Shown here: positions 28,106 through 37,943 of the stretch, piece by piece
Numbering within the stretch: the stretch's first letter is position 1
Layout of the letters: each line of letters starts with the position of its first letter
Assembly: GCA_040770465.1 (NCBI GenBank)
Contig: JAXGJB010000017.1
Location: 1-46,716, forward strand
Direction: 5' to 3'
Origin: Methanothrix sp.
Lineage (GTDB): Archaea > Halobacteriota > Methanosarcinia > Methanotrichales > Methanotrichaceae
Length of the DNA stretch: 46,716 nucleotides
Translations under genes and position numbers: made by a program
The notes under the pieces: model-generated
What the model saw: only the letters and a program-made list of their open reading frames with translations
What the model was told of the DNA's origin: nothing
The model's database searches: none

Positions 28106-29416
28106 TCATCCACGGCCGAGAAGCTCTCTGATCTCCTCGACCGTCCTCCTTCCCCCAGGCGTATCCTCCAGATGGTGGAGGATCGATCCGAGGAGGAGGG
28201 CGAAAAGCCCCATCCCCAACGTCGTGGGAGATATGGCGGAGAGCATCAGAAGGCAGGAGACGGCCCCAATAGCCGGGAAAAGGCCACCCATGGGAATTCT
28301 GAAGTAGCTCTTTTCAGGAGGCAAGATCCTTTCTTCTCTGACCAGCTTGAAGGCGCTGACGTTCACGAAGAACATGGTGATCAGCACCAGCACGTTTGTC
28401 AGGTCGATTATGAAGTTCAAGCTCCCGTAGACCACCAGGAGCATCGTAGTCGCCGAACCGAGGACGATGGAGTTCACTGGCTGATCTCTCTTCAGACGAG
28501 CAAACCTTCCTGGAACCTGGCCTTCGCTGGCCATCTCCAAAACGACCCGAGAAGCTCCGATTATGTTGGCGTTCGCAGCCGATAGAGTGGATACTACGGC
28601 GGCAAAGGCCACGATGGCGCCCCCCGAAGCGCCCAGGAGCACCACCGCAGCGTCAAAGACGCTCTGGCTCCCGTAGCTGGGCAGTTTGGCGGATAGGAGG
28701 GCCACCACCACTCCGGTGTAGATTGCGGCCACGATCCCGATGGAGGCCATGGTGGCCAGGGGGACGTTCTTGCTCGCCTCCTTCACCTCGCCACCCATCA
28801 TCGCCACCACCTGAAATCCTAAGTAAGCGAAGAAGATGGAAGCCATCCCCTCCAGCACGCCCTTTTGCCCGTGGACGAAGAATGGGACGAAATCGGCGCT
28901 TTTGATCTGCATCATGCCGAATATGGCCAATACGACCAGTATCGAGACCTTCGTCACCACCATGACTATCTCGGCTTTGCCTGCCTCAGAAAGCCCTCTC
29001 AGGTTGAGGGCGGTGAGGAGGATTATGGCGGCCAGGGCGCCGAACCGTGGATCGAAATTTGATCCCAAGAGCAAGTTCAGGTATATGCCTAGGCCCAACA
29101 GAACAAAGGAGGTCACCACTATCTGGCTGATGTACATCGACCAGCCTGCCAAAAATCCCAGGTATTCTCCCAGCATATGCCTTGCATAGAGGTAGCCTCC
29201 GCCGTCTTCGGGGAATATGCTGGCCAGGGCGGCATAGGAGAGGCCCGAAAAGGCCACCAGAACGCCACATACGAGATACGACAGAACTGCAGAGGGACCG
29301 GCTAGGTCGATCATGATGCCGCTGAGGACGAAGACGCCGGCTCCAATCATGTTTCCCACGGCGAAAGCTACAGCCGCGAATATGCCCAGGCCCTCGCTCC
29401 GTTTAGCGCCGTTCAT
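28106..29416 (-). CDS. APC-family amino acid permease
   Basis: GNMIGAGVF, GGGYLY, FFAYLGFQ, about 12 TM segments. Confidence 0.9.
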   Translation of the reverse strand: MNGAKRSEGLGIFAAVAFAVGNMIGAGVFVLSGIMIDLAGPSAVLSYLVCGVLVAFSGLSYAALASIFPEDGGGYLYARHMLGEYLGFLAGWSMYISQIVVTSFVLLGLGIYLNLLLGSNFDPRFGALAAIILLTALNLRGLSEAGKAEIVMVVTKVSILVVLAIFGMMQIKSADFVPFFVHGQKGVLEGMASIFFAYLGFQVVAMMGGEVKEASKNVPLATMASIGIVAAIYTGVVVALLSAKLPSYGSQSVFDAAVVLLGASGGAIVAFAAVVSTLSAANANIIGASRVVLEMASEGQVPGRFARLKRDQPVNSIVLGSATTMLLVVYGSLNFIIDLTNVLVLITMFFVNVSAFKLVREERILPPEKSYFRIPMGGLFPAIGAVSCLLMLSAISPTTLGMGLFALLLGSILHHLEDTPGGRRTVEEIRELLGRG

Positions 29417-29505
29417 GGTCTGCTGCCCATTTCAGCTGTCACCCCTGATAACGCCGTTGCCGAAACAACCTGTGTTTGATGAAATTTATCCGCATCTTTC
29501 ATAAA

Positions 29506-31938
29506 TCAATCCACATTGAACCGGCCTTCCATGAACTGGAGACCCTCATCAAAGAACTTGTAGAACCTCACTTTGAGCTGGTCTATTATCAAGAACACCA
29601 CTATAGCATAGGCCCAGACGATCGCCGCCAGTCTCCAGCCTATAGGAGGTATCAGGAAACCGTAAACGGCGATAATAGTGGCGATAAGCTGGGTTCCGAT
29701 GACTGCACCCACCAGCAGATTTCCGGGCCGGTAAGACCAGAAATGACCCTTAGTCCTGGCGATGAAGATGATGAGGTGGCCGGCTACAGAGAGCTTTAGG
29801 TACATGAAAGATTGGAGGATCTCCTTGCTCAGGTGCAGGTAATCCAGGCCGAAAAATAAGAGACCGAAGGATTCAACCGTACCTATCAGCCCCAGAAAGA
29901 GAGCCATCCCCATCACCGACGACATCCTCCAGCGGTCTGGCTTGCTTGAGTATTCTGCCCGATCGTAAGCGATAGACATGATGGCAAAATCGTTCAAGAG
30001 CGCCAAGAGCACGATCATCAGAGCTGTAACTGGATAGAAGCTGAAGATCACTATGGATAACGTGATGAAGAAAAGCACCCTGATCGTCTCAGATATTCGG
30101 TAAATGGCGTAGCTGTTCATCCGCCGGAATATCCTGCGGCTCTCTTTTATGGCGTCGATTATGACGGATAGACCCGGCTCTGTGAGAACGATTGCCGCTG
30201 CAGACTTGGCGGCATCGGTAGCTCCTGAAACTGCGATTCCTGCGTCGGCCTTCTTCAGGGCCGGGGCGTCGTTGACGCCGTCGCCGGTCATCCCGACGAT
30301 GTGGCCTTTGGACTGCAGAAGCTCGACGATCCTGAACTTGTGCTCGGGGAATACCTGGGCGAAGCCGTCGGCATTCTCTATGACCTGTTCTGCCTCTTCA
30401 TCCGGCTTGTCTATGAAGGCGGAGGCGGGGCATATTTCGGTCCTCAATCCCACCATATTGGCGATCTCCCTGGCTATCGCCACGTGGTCGCCGGTGACCA
30501 TCTTGACTTCGACCCCCATGGACTGAGCGGTCTTAATAGTCTCGGCAGAGTCCTCTCTCGGCGGGTCGTATAGGGCGATGAGCCCCACGTACCTCCAGGC
30601 TCCGGCCGGATCGGTGCGGGCTACTCCCAGGGCCCGGTAACCTTTGGCTGCAAAGGCGTTCACCTTCTCGTCAACTTTGGGGTCTTCAGAGCCGCCTCCC
30701 ACCAGGGACAGGATCGCCTGGGGCGCGCCTTTAGCCGCTTTGAATCGACCCTCGGAACCCTCGACCTCCGCCTCGGCCCTTTTGGAGACGGGATCGAAGG
30801 GCTCAAACTTCGTCAGATTGTAGCCGGAGACGTCGATCTCCTCTTCTCTGCTCTTCTCGATGATGGCGACGTCTATGGGGTCTTGGTCCTCTTCCCGCGA
30901 GGACAAAAGGCCTGAGAGCAGCAGGTCCTTCTCCTCAAACCCTTCGAAGGGCACGAGTTCAGCCACTTTGATGGCGTTCTGGGTTATAGTTCCGGTCTTG
31001 TCGGAACAGAGGATGTCTATTCCCGCCATCTCCTCGATGGCGACAAGCCTGCTGACGATGGCCTCCTTCCTGGAGAGGATGACCGCCCCCACGGCCATGG
31101 TCACCGAGAGGACGGCTGGTAGGGCTGCGGGTATGGCCGCCACCACCAGGACCAGGGCGAACTGCAGCGTCTGAAGGAGGCTCTCATGCCTCATGGTGGC
31201 GACGATGAATACGAGAGCCACCAGAGCTACCGCCAGCACGATCAGGTAGTCTCCGATCTTGATAACTGCTTTCTGGAAGTGGCTTTTGGTCTTGGCCTCT
31301 TCCACGAGCTTTGCGGTCCTGCCGAAGTAGGTCTCCATGCCCGTGGCGTAGACGAGGCCGTTCATCTCGCCCATGCGGATTATGGAGCCTGAATAGGCGA
31401 CGTCCGAGGGCTTCTTCTCCACCGGCAGCGACTCGCCGGTGAGGGCAGACTCGTCCACCTGGAGAAAATCGCCACCGAAGAGCTTGACGTCTGCGGGGAC
31501 GATCTCTCCCAGCCTGACCCTGACCACGTCACCGGGAACTAGCACTCTTGCCGGAAGTTCGATCCACTCGCCGTCTCTTCTGACCCTGGCGGTGGGAGCG
31601 AGCCTCTTTTTCAAGAGCTCTATCGCCCTGTCCGCCTTGTTCTCCTGCCAGAAGCCGACCACCCCATTCATGAGCAGAAGCAGGGATATGATGGCGAAGT
31701 CATCCCAGCGGCCCAGGACGGCGGAGAGGGCTGCCGCGACCTCTATCATCCAGGGTATGGGACCCCAGAAGTAGGCGAGGAACTTGACGATGGGGTTGAC
31801 CTTCTTTTCGGCGATCTCGTTGGGGCCGTGCTTACCAAGCCTCGACTCGGCCTCGGACGAGGAGAGTCCTTCCTCGGTAGAGGACACCTCGCTCATCAGA
31901 TCTTCTATGGACGCTTCAGCCGCATCTTCAGGTTTCAA
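29506..31938 (-). CDS. Plasma-membrane proton-efflux P-type ATPase (type IIIA), copy 1
   Basis: FWGPIPWMIE, LTGES, CSDKTGT, KGAPQ, MTGDGVNDAPALK, LLNDF (M6 Asp). Confidence 0.95.
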   Translation of the reverse strand: MKPEDAAEASIEDLMSEVSSTEEGLSSSEAESRLGKHGPNEIAEKKVNPIVKFLAYFWGPIPWMIEVAAALSAVLGRWDDFAIISLLLLMNGVVGFWQENKADRAIELLKKRLAPTARVRRDGEWIELPARVLVPGDVVRVRLGEIVPADVKLFGGDFLQVDESALTGESLPVEKKPSDVAYSGSIIRMGEMNGLVYATGMETYFGRTAKLVEEAKTKSHFQKAVIKIGDYLIVLAVALVALVFIVATMRHESLLQTLQFALVLVVAAIPAALPAVLSVTMAVGAVILSRKEAIVSRLVAIEEMAGIDILCSDKTGTITQNAIKVAELVPFEGFEEKDLLLSGLLSSREEDQDPIDVAIIEKSREEEIDVSGYNLTKFEPFDPVSKRAEAEVEGSEGRFKAAKGAPQAILSLVGGGSEDPKVDEKVNAFAAKGYRALGVARTDPAGAWRYVGLIALYDPPREDSAETIKTAQSMGVEVKMVTGDHVAIAREIANMVGLRTEICPASAFIDKPDEEAEQVIENADGFAQVFPEHKFRIVELLQSKGHIVGMTGDGVNDAPALKKADAGIAVSGATDAAKSAAAIVLTEPGLSVIIDAIKESRRIFRRMNSYAIYRISETIRVLFFITLSIVIFSFYPVTALMIVLLALLNDFAIMSIAYDRAEYSSKPDRWRMSSVMGMALFLGLIGTVESFGLLFFGLDYLHLSKEILQSFMYLKLSVAGHLIIFIARTKGHFWSYRPGNLLVGAVIGTQLIATIIAVYGFLIPPIGWRLAAIVWAYAIVVFLIIDQLKVRFYKFFDEGLQFMEGRFNVD

Positions 31939-32126
31939 AATATCTTGCCCCCATGAACCTTATATACTTTAGCCGGTATCCGATATTAAACTGCCGGTGT
32001 TGAAAGGACGAAATCAAATACAACAGGTTATTTGATATCATTCTCGCTCTCCCCCCTAGGACCCGTTTTTGGTCTCGAAATATACACGTGATCTGATAAA
32101 ATAAATACTGATATTTCGATACATAT

Positions 32127-32288
32127 GTGATCGGAGATAGTAGAAAGATCATAGGCTACCGTGAGGCGGTCTCGATCGGGATCGGTGGGATGGCGGGCGG
32201 CGGGATCTTTGCGGTACTGGGGCTTGCAGTCCAGCTCGCTTGCGGCGAGATTCCGGTGGCCGTCCCAATCGCAGGGGTCGTGGCCTAA
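32127..32288 (+). pseudogene. Truncated APC permease (first 53 codons), paralog of 41500..42813
   Basis: Reads MIGDSRKIIGYREAVSIGIGGMAGGGIFAVLGLAVQLACGEIPVAVPIAGVVA*, versus MAGDSRRSIGYREAVSIGVGGMVGGGIFAVLGLAVQLARGGTPVAFAIAGLVA. Absent from the ORF track. Confidence 0.92.
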
Positions 32289-32389
32289 TTGTAGCCACGG
32301 TTTAGAGCGAATTTAGATTCAACGTTAGATTCCAGCCAACGTTCACAAAATTCTGATAAATCTAAAGTTTTCTGTCGCTTCAAGTAGCT

Positions 32390-32410
32390 TATATATATAT
32401 ATATATATAT
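32390..32410. repeat. (TA)10 microsatellite
   Basis: tatatatatatatatatatat read directly in the AT-rich region upstream of the SDR gene. Confidence 0.95.
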
Positions 32411-32724
32411 TACAAAATTCATTTCATATCATCAGCCGTTGTGATCATTTTACGATTACTATATCAAATTTTCATATTTCTAGTTATAGATAGACTTATC
32501 TAGAATGAGAACACTATTTTTAAATGACAATTTTTCGAGCGCTTTGATTGCTATTTAAGGGGCAGTCCAAGGTCGGTATGCAGCTTGCGGGGTTGTCTGG
32601 CAACAGGCATGTTGATCGGCCTTTTCAATCTTAGATGACGGCAGAGAATATCGATCTCTGCTCCACAGCATAGCCAACGATGTCATCGAGGGGAGAAAAA
32701 TTAACCAGAAGAGGCGGATAAAAA

Positions 32725-33522
32725 ATGGAACAAAAAACGAAGGGACGGTTGGAAGGAAGGGTAGCGGTAATCACAGGCTCAACTTACGGCATCGGCGAGG
32801 CGATAGCGAAAGTTCTGGCAGATGAAGGTGCGACCTCGATCATCACCGGAAGGACGGAGGAGAAAGGCGAGAGGGTCGCTGAAGAGATAAAAAACGCTGG
32901 CGGGGCCGCAGAGTACTATCCCCTGGACGTGACCGACGAGAAAAGGATTGCTGAGGTGATTAAAGCAGTCTACGAGAAGCACGGCAGGATAGACGTACTG
33001 GTGAACAACGCCGGAATCGCTGGCCCCAACAAGCCGATCCACGAATACACGAGAGAGGAGTGGGAGCGAGTCTTCGACGTCAACGTCACCGGATGCTTCC
33101 TCTGCAGCAAATACGCCGTCCCCTTCATGAAGAAGAGCGGCGGCGGAAGCATCGTCTACATATCCTCGATTTACGGGATAGTCGGAGCCTCGGACGTTCC
33201 CGCCTACCACGCGACCAAGGGTGCAACCAGGATCATGGCCAAGACTGGGGCGCTATTCTACGCCAAAGATAACATCAGAGTGAACTCGATTCATCCAGGG
33301 TTCATCTGGACGCCAATGGTCGAAAACTTCCTCAAAGGCCAGTCTGAACAGTCGGGCTTATCCATAGAGGAGTTGAGGAAGGGCCTGGACTCAGAGCAGC
33401 CCATAGGCCACATCGGCGAGCCGAACGATATCGCCTACGGTGTACTCTACCTGGTCTCGGACGAGGCCAAGTTCGTGACTGGTTCTGAGCTGGTCATCGA
33501 TGGAGGCTACACCACCAGGTGA
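32725..33522 (+). CDS. Classical SDR-family NAD(P)-dependent oxidoreductase
   Basis: TGSTYGIG, NNAG, SS, YHATK, IRVNSIHPG, TGSELVIDGG. Confidence 0.95.
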   Translation: MEQKTKGRLEGRVAVITGSTYGIGEAIAKVLADEGATSIITGRTEEKGERVAEEIKNAGGAAEYYPLDVTDEKRIAEVIKAVYEKHGRIDVLVNNAGIAGPNKPIHEYTREEWERVFDVNVTGCFLCSKYAVPFMKKSGGGSIVYISSIYGIVGASDVPAYHATKGATRIMAKTGALFYAKDNIRVNSIHPGFIWTPMVENFLKGQSEQSGLSIEELRKGLDSEQPIGHIGEPNDIAYGVLYLVSDEAKFVTGSELVIDGGYTTR

Positions 33523-33546
33523 TTTTCGTCGACGGAGAAGAAAGTT

Positions 33547-33708
33547 ATGAGATACATTAGCATAAAACTCGATGATGAAGATTTCGAGAAGCTATCAATG
33601 GCCAAGGGCGACAGAACCTGGGAAGAGTACATAATGAAGGACGTCCACAACAATAGGCGACGAAAAGAGCTTCAGATCCTGGCAAATAACAGAGGCAACA
33701 TTTGCTGA
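33547..33708 (+). CDS. Small ribbon-helix-helix-like protein, copy 1 (53 aa)
   Basis: MRYISIKLDDEDFEKLSMAKGDRTWEEYIMKD...; GGAG SD; clear paralog of 43846..44019 with the frame preserved. Absent from the ORF track. Confidence 0.75.
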   Translation: MRYISIKLDDEDFEKLSMAKGDRTWEEYIMKDVHNNRRRKELQILANNRGNIC

Positions 33709-33777
33709 AAGTGCGCTCGGGGGCCATAACCGCCCCCATTTTCCATTTTTCGTCACGTTTTTCCTTAAGCAGCCGGG

Positions 33778-33807
33778 ATAATATCTTGGTAAGATATTAT
33801 TATATAT
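33778..33807 (+). promoter_or_regulatory. Perfect 10-bp inverted repeat abutting a TATA-like box upstream of the kinase
   Basis: ATAATATCTT-ggt-AAGATATTAT followed by TATATAT. Confidence 0.55.
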
Positions 33808-33867
33808 TAGATCTGTCATGCAGGGGTTCGCCCTTCGTAAAACGATTAAACTAACAGGAGACGGGGA

Positions 33868-36135
33868 ATGATACGAGTTCTTACGGTAGACGACGACCAC
33901 TCGATGCTTGATATTACTAAAATATTTCTTGAGAAGTCCGGAGATATGGAGGTCGAATGCCTCGGATCGGCAAAAGAGGCGTTAAAGAAGCTGAAAGAAG
34001 ATGGGCATTATGATGTGATCGTCTCCGATTACGCGATGCCCAAAATGAACGGTATATCTTTTCTGAAGAAGGTCAGAGTCTTTAATCCGGACATACCTTT
34101 TATCATCTTAACCGGGAAGAGCCGGGAAGAGGTGGTCATCGATGCTCTGAACAACGGAGCCAACTACTACCTCCAAAAAGATGCCAATCCCAAAATGCTT
34201 TATGCTGAGCTGGCCCACCATATCCGCGAGGCGACAGATAAGGAGAAGTTGAGGAGGGCCGTCCTGGAGAGTGAGAAAAAGTACCGGACCCTCTTCGAGA
34301 ACATGAACGAGTGCTTCTCACTATGCGAGTTAGTCCGTGACGCTCAGAACAGACCCATCGATTTCGTCGTAAAAGAGGTAAACTCGCAGGTCAAGCTTAT
34401 GATGGGCCTAGAGACACAAGATGTAATCGGAAAGAGGGGGACCGAGATCTCCTTGTCAGAGATACCCCCATCTTTACATGTTTTTTCAAATGTTGTCGAG
34501 GCAGGATCTTCCGCTAGGTTTGAGACTTATCTCGCTTCAGTTGACAGATATTTCTTAATGTCGGCATTCCCTGCCGGCGATGGACAGTTCGCTACGATAT
34601 TCTCCGACATCACTGAACATAAGAAGATGGATGATGAGCTTCGAGCTGCTAATGAGGAGCTGAAAAATTCTTACAAGAAGCTCCAGGACATAATAGAATT
34701 TCTCCCCGACGCCACCTTCGTCATCGACCAGGACAGAAAGGTGGTGGCCTGGAACAGGGCGGTCGAGGAGATGACCGGAATCCCGAAAAAGAAGATGATC
34801 GGAAAGGACGGATATGCTCACGGCAAGGTCTTCTACGGGACCAGACGACCGACCCTTGCCGATCTTGTATTTTCGAGCGACGATAAGATCGAGTCTTTTT
34901 ACCAGCACGTCAAGAGAAAGGGGGATACAATCTTCGCCGAGTGCATCATATCGCCGCCCCGAGGGATTAAGGGAGCCTACGTCTGGTCAACGGCCACTCC
35001 CCTCTTAGACGAAGATGGAAACGTAGTGGGAGCCATCGAGTCGATTCGCGACATCACCGAGATGGTGGAGACGGAGATGGCGCTCCAGGAGAGCGAAGAT
35101 AGGATGAGGCTCATCATCGAGGCTGCGGACCTGGGTACCTGGGACAGGAACGTGGTCACGGGAGAGGTAGTCAGAAACAAGCGTCTCGTCGAGATCCTCG
35201 GGTACCCAGAAGATGAGCTTGCAGGGTTCGTTCGGGAAGGGGAGAAGATGATCCATCCTAACGACTTCGGTCGGGTCATCACCACCCTCCGGGACCACCT
35301 GGAGAAGAAAACTCCTTACTACGAGGCCGACTACCGGCTGAAACGCAAAGATGGCCGGTGGATATGGGTGCACGATCGTGGCGAGGTGACAGACCGGGAC
35401 GAAATGGACCATCCTGTTAGGATGTTGGGGGTCACTCAAGACGTTACAGCGTTCTGGCAGTCTCAAGAGGCCATCAGGGAGGCGAACAGGAAGCTCAACC
35501 TGCTCAGCAACGTCACCAGACACGACATCCTCAGCCAGATCGTGGGCCTATGGGGGTGCATAGAGCTTATGAACGGAAATCTGCCCAAAGAGTGTGCAGT
35601 GATGCAGGAGAACATCGATCGGGCGACGGCGATGGCGGAGATGATTCACAGACAGATCGTCTTCACTCGCGACTACCAGGACATGGGCATCGAGGCTCCC
35701 CAATGGCAGTCCGTCGAGGAGGTGGTCCGGCGGTCCGTAGAAACCGTTCCAGCCGAGATCGCACAAAATCAAATCAGACTCGACATCTCCGCGGGGACTC
35801 TGCAGATATTCGCAGACCCTATGCTTGGAAAGGTGTTCTTCAACCTCATCGATAATGCCGTCAGGCATGGGAATGGTGTCACCAAGATCCAGGTATCCTT
35901 CATCGAAAGGCAGGGCGAAGGGGTTATCGTCGTCGAGGATGACGGCTCTGGGATACCGAAGGATATGAAGACTCAGATCTTCGATCATGGCTTCGGAAGA
36001 CATAACGGCTTCGGTCTATTCCTATGCAGGGAGATCTTGGGAATTACCCGGATGACGATAGCGGAAAACGGCGAGGATGGTAACGGTGCGAGGTTTGAGA
36101 TCGCCGTCCCCAAGGAAAATTACAGATTGGCTTAG
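33868..36135 (+). CDS. Hybrid sensor histidine kinase (REC-PAS-PAS-PAS-HisKA-HATPase)
   Basis: VDDD..SDYAMP..LQK receiver; three PAS/PAC segments; TRHDIL H-box; NLIDNAVRH, EDDGSG, GFGLFL boxes. Confidence 0.93.
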   Translation: MIRVLTVDDDHSMLDITKIFLEKSGDMEVECLGSAKEALKKLKEDGHYDVIVSDYAMPKMNGISFLKKVRVFNPDIPFIILTGKSREEVVIDALNNGANYYLQKDANPKMLYAELAHHIREATDKEKLRRAVLESEKKYRTLFENMNECFSLCELVRDAQNRPIDFVVKEVNSQVKLMMGLETQDVIGKRGTEISLSEIPPSLHVFSNVVEAGSSARFETYLASVDRYFLMSAFPAGDGQFATIFSDITEHKKMDDELRAANEELKNSYKKLQDIIEFLPDATFVIDQDRKVVAWNRAVEEMTGIPKKKMIGKDGYAHGKVFYGTRRPTLADLVFSSDDKIESFYQHVKRKGDTIFAECIISPPRGIKGAYVWSTATPLLDEDGNVVGAIESIRDITEMVETEMALQESEDRMRLIIEAADLGTWDRNVVTGEVVRNKRLVEILGYPEDELAGFVREGEKMIHPNDFGRVITTLRDHLEKKTPYYEADYRLKRKDGRWIWVHDRGEVTDRDEMDHPVRMLGVTQDVTAFWQSQEAIREANRKLNLLSNVTRHDILSQIVGLWGCIELMNGNLPKECAVMQENIDRATAMAEMIHRQIVFTRDYQDMGIEAPQWQSVEEVVRRSVETVPAEIAQNQIRLDISAGTLQIFADPMLGKVFFNLIDNAVRHGNGVTKIQVSFIERQGEGVIVVEDDGSGIPKDMKTQIFDHGFGRHNGFGLFLCREILGITRMTIAENGEDGNGARFEIAVPKENYRLA

Positions 36136-36272
36136 AGGCTCCGGTACAAATTCGCGCCATAATGAGCGCCTGTTTCAGGAGGGGACTTTATCTTATGATG
36201 AAGAAATTCCTGGAAAATCTCCCGGTGTCGGGATGAAACTCTGAGCAATGGCACTTGGCTTGAGGCTGATTC

Positions 36273-37295
36273 ATGGTCTTCTCTCCCCTTCACTGGGTCC
36301 CGTCTTTCATCGCTGCGATCCTGACGATAGCCCTCGTTCTCACGAAAGGCAGGCCGCCCCACAAGATTCTGGCCCGAGGTATGATCATATTTGCACTAGT
36401 GGGCTTATTTGGTTATATTCAGTGGGGCGACTTTCCGCTTATTACGCAGGATATTCACAGCTTCCATTCCTGGACCGGTCTTGCGACCTTTATAATCGCT
36501 GCGTACATCTTTTCGACTAAAAGAATCTTCAGAAAAAATGTCAGCCATTGCAGGCTCGGTCGGGCCGCAGCCATCTTGGCCGTCGTGACCTTGGCCACCG
36601 GTCTTTCGATGCTGGCGGGCTTGTCTCTACCGCATCCGTTCGAAGAAGAACCTTCCGTCGCCATTCAGGCTCAGGCTTCAAGCGACCTTCCTGAAGTGGA
36701 GGCAGTTGAGTACGATAGTGTGAGGCTAACGCCTCTCTCGGATCAGAGGAACAACGCCATCGCTGGAACTCAATACATCGAACAAGAGATGTACCAATTG
36801 AAGGTGACAGGTCTCGTGGACGAGGAGATCGAGATGAGCTACGAAGATCTTCTCGAATTGCCCGCCTATTCGGAACTTGTTAGGATGAACTGCGTAGATG
36901 GATGGGGATTTAACGCAAAGTGGACCGGGTTCAGGATTGTCGACCTTCTGGATGAGGCCGGCCTTCGGCCCGAGGCCTCATACGTCGTATTCCACTCGGC
37001 TGACGGTTACTCTTCAGGTCTGGACCTCGATTACCTGAGGGATGAAAATATACTGATGGCCTATGGGATAAATGACGTAACTCTCCCTCCCGAGAGAGGA
37101 TTTCCATTCCAGGTGGTGGCAAAGGGGAAGTATGGCTACAAGTGGACGAAGTGGGTCACCGAGATTGAGGTGGTGGCAGAAGAAAAGAGAGGATACTGGG
37201 AGTCGAGGGGGTACAGCAACAGCGCCAATGTCGGAGAGTTTCCCGGAGTAGTCCCTGCGGAGCTGAAAAAGATCACCAAGATCGCTGAAAAGTAA
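36273..37295 (+). CDS. Molybdopterin-dependent oxidoreductase (sulfite oxidase/MsrP-like) with N-terminal 4-TM domain
   Basis: LKVTGLV, MNCVDGW..AKWTG, SADGYS, LPPERGFP, YGYKWTKW, GYWESRGY; TM helices containing HSFH and SH. Confidence 0.88.
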   Translation: MVFSPLHWVPSFIAAILTIALVLTKGRPPHKILARGMIIFALVGLFGYIQWGDFPLITQDIHSFHSWTGLATFIIAAYIFSTKRIFRKNVSHCRLGRAAAILAVVTLATGLSMLAGLSLPHPFEEEPSVAIQAQASSDLPEVEAVEYDSVRLTPLSDQRNNAIAGTQYIEQEMYQLKVTGLVDEEIEMSYEDLLELPAYSELVRMNCVDGWGFNAKWTGFRIVDLLDEAGLRPEASYVVFHSADGYSSGLDLDYLRDENILMAYGINDVTLPPERGFPFQVVAKGKYGYKWTKWVTEIEVVAEEKRGYWESRGYSNSANVGEFPGVVPAELKKITKIAEK

Positions 37296-37460
37296 ATGGT
37301 CGGGGGCAATCTATATACGATTCAGAGCCGGAGAAGGGTCGTCCTTGGTAATGATACGGCCGAGAATCTAGATGTCGAGATGGGCAAAGGCGTTGTTGCC
37401 AGCTTTCTCGACGCTAACACCATCAACCTGATCGTCTCGATCGCATTCATCCGAGAATGA
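37296..37460 (+). pseudogene. Possible fragment of a MacB/LolE-type ABC permease extracytoplasmic domain
   Basis: 54-codon ORF MVGGNLYTIQSRRRVVLGNDTAENLDVEMGKGVVASF... resembles the (I/V)LG..LA..L.V..G motif; similarity judged by eye only. Confidence 0.3.
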
Positions 37461-37475
37461 TATACCGTCGGCTCA

Positions 37476-37943
37476 TTATGGTATAATAGAGCGGACAATA
37501 TCCGGGCAGAACACCTGTCTGCGGCATTCTGTTGCCAGCTCAGGGAATCGCTCCGCTATAGCGAGGAGGATCTTATCTCGCAGTGTCTTATACGCCTCGT
37601 CTTTTCCGGTCGGTCCTAAAAGCTGTGCGAGGTAGTCCCCATAGTTCGAGAGTTGGTGTCTTAAATAGTTCACTGTAATCCGGTCAAGGAAGTTCGGGTC
37701 TGAATCTTCAGTCGCGAATCTGATCGCACTGAATTCGTATTCGCATATCCAATCTTGATGAACGTTATACGCATCGATGGCATTACATCGTACCTTGTCC
37801 AGAGGCTCTGATGTAACAGCTATTTTCCACCCTTCAATCTCAGCCAAAAGTTTCTGCTTCTTGGTCTCTGTCGCCTTAATGGCGGCCTCAGGCCATCCCC
37901 GCTCCTTCAGGCCCGCTTTTGTGATGAACTCCTTATCGGCCAT
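37476..37943 (-). CDS. Hypothetical protein, possibly internally deleted
   Basis: ITKAGLKERGW and RITVNYLRHQLSNY motifs; visibly lower GC than the flanking core genes. Confidence 0.6.
   Translation of the reverse strand: MADKEFITKAGLKERGWPEAAIKATETKKQKLLAEIEGWKIAVTSEPLDKVRCNAIDAYNVHQDWICEYEFSAIRFATEDSDPNFLDRITVNYLRHQLSNYGDYLAQLLGPTGKDEAYKTLRDKILLAIAERFPELATECRRQVFCPDIVRSIIP

Noticed and set aside
31928-32152. 74-aa minus-strand ORF
   Set aside because: Spans the duplicated divergent promoter and is not preserved in the second copy.
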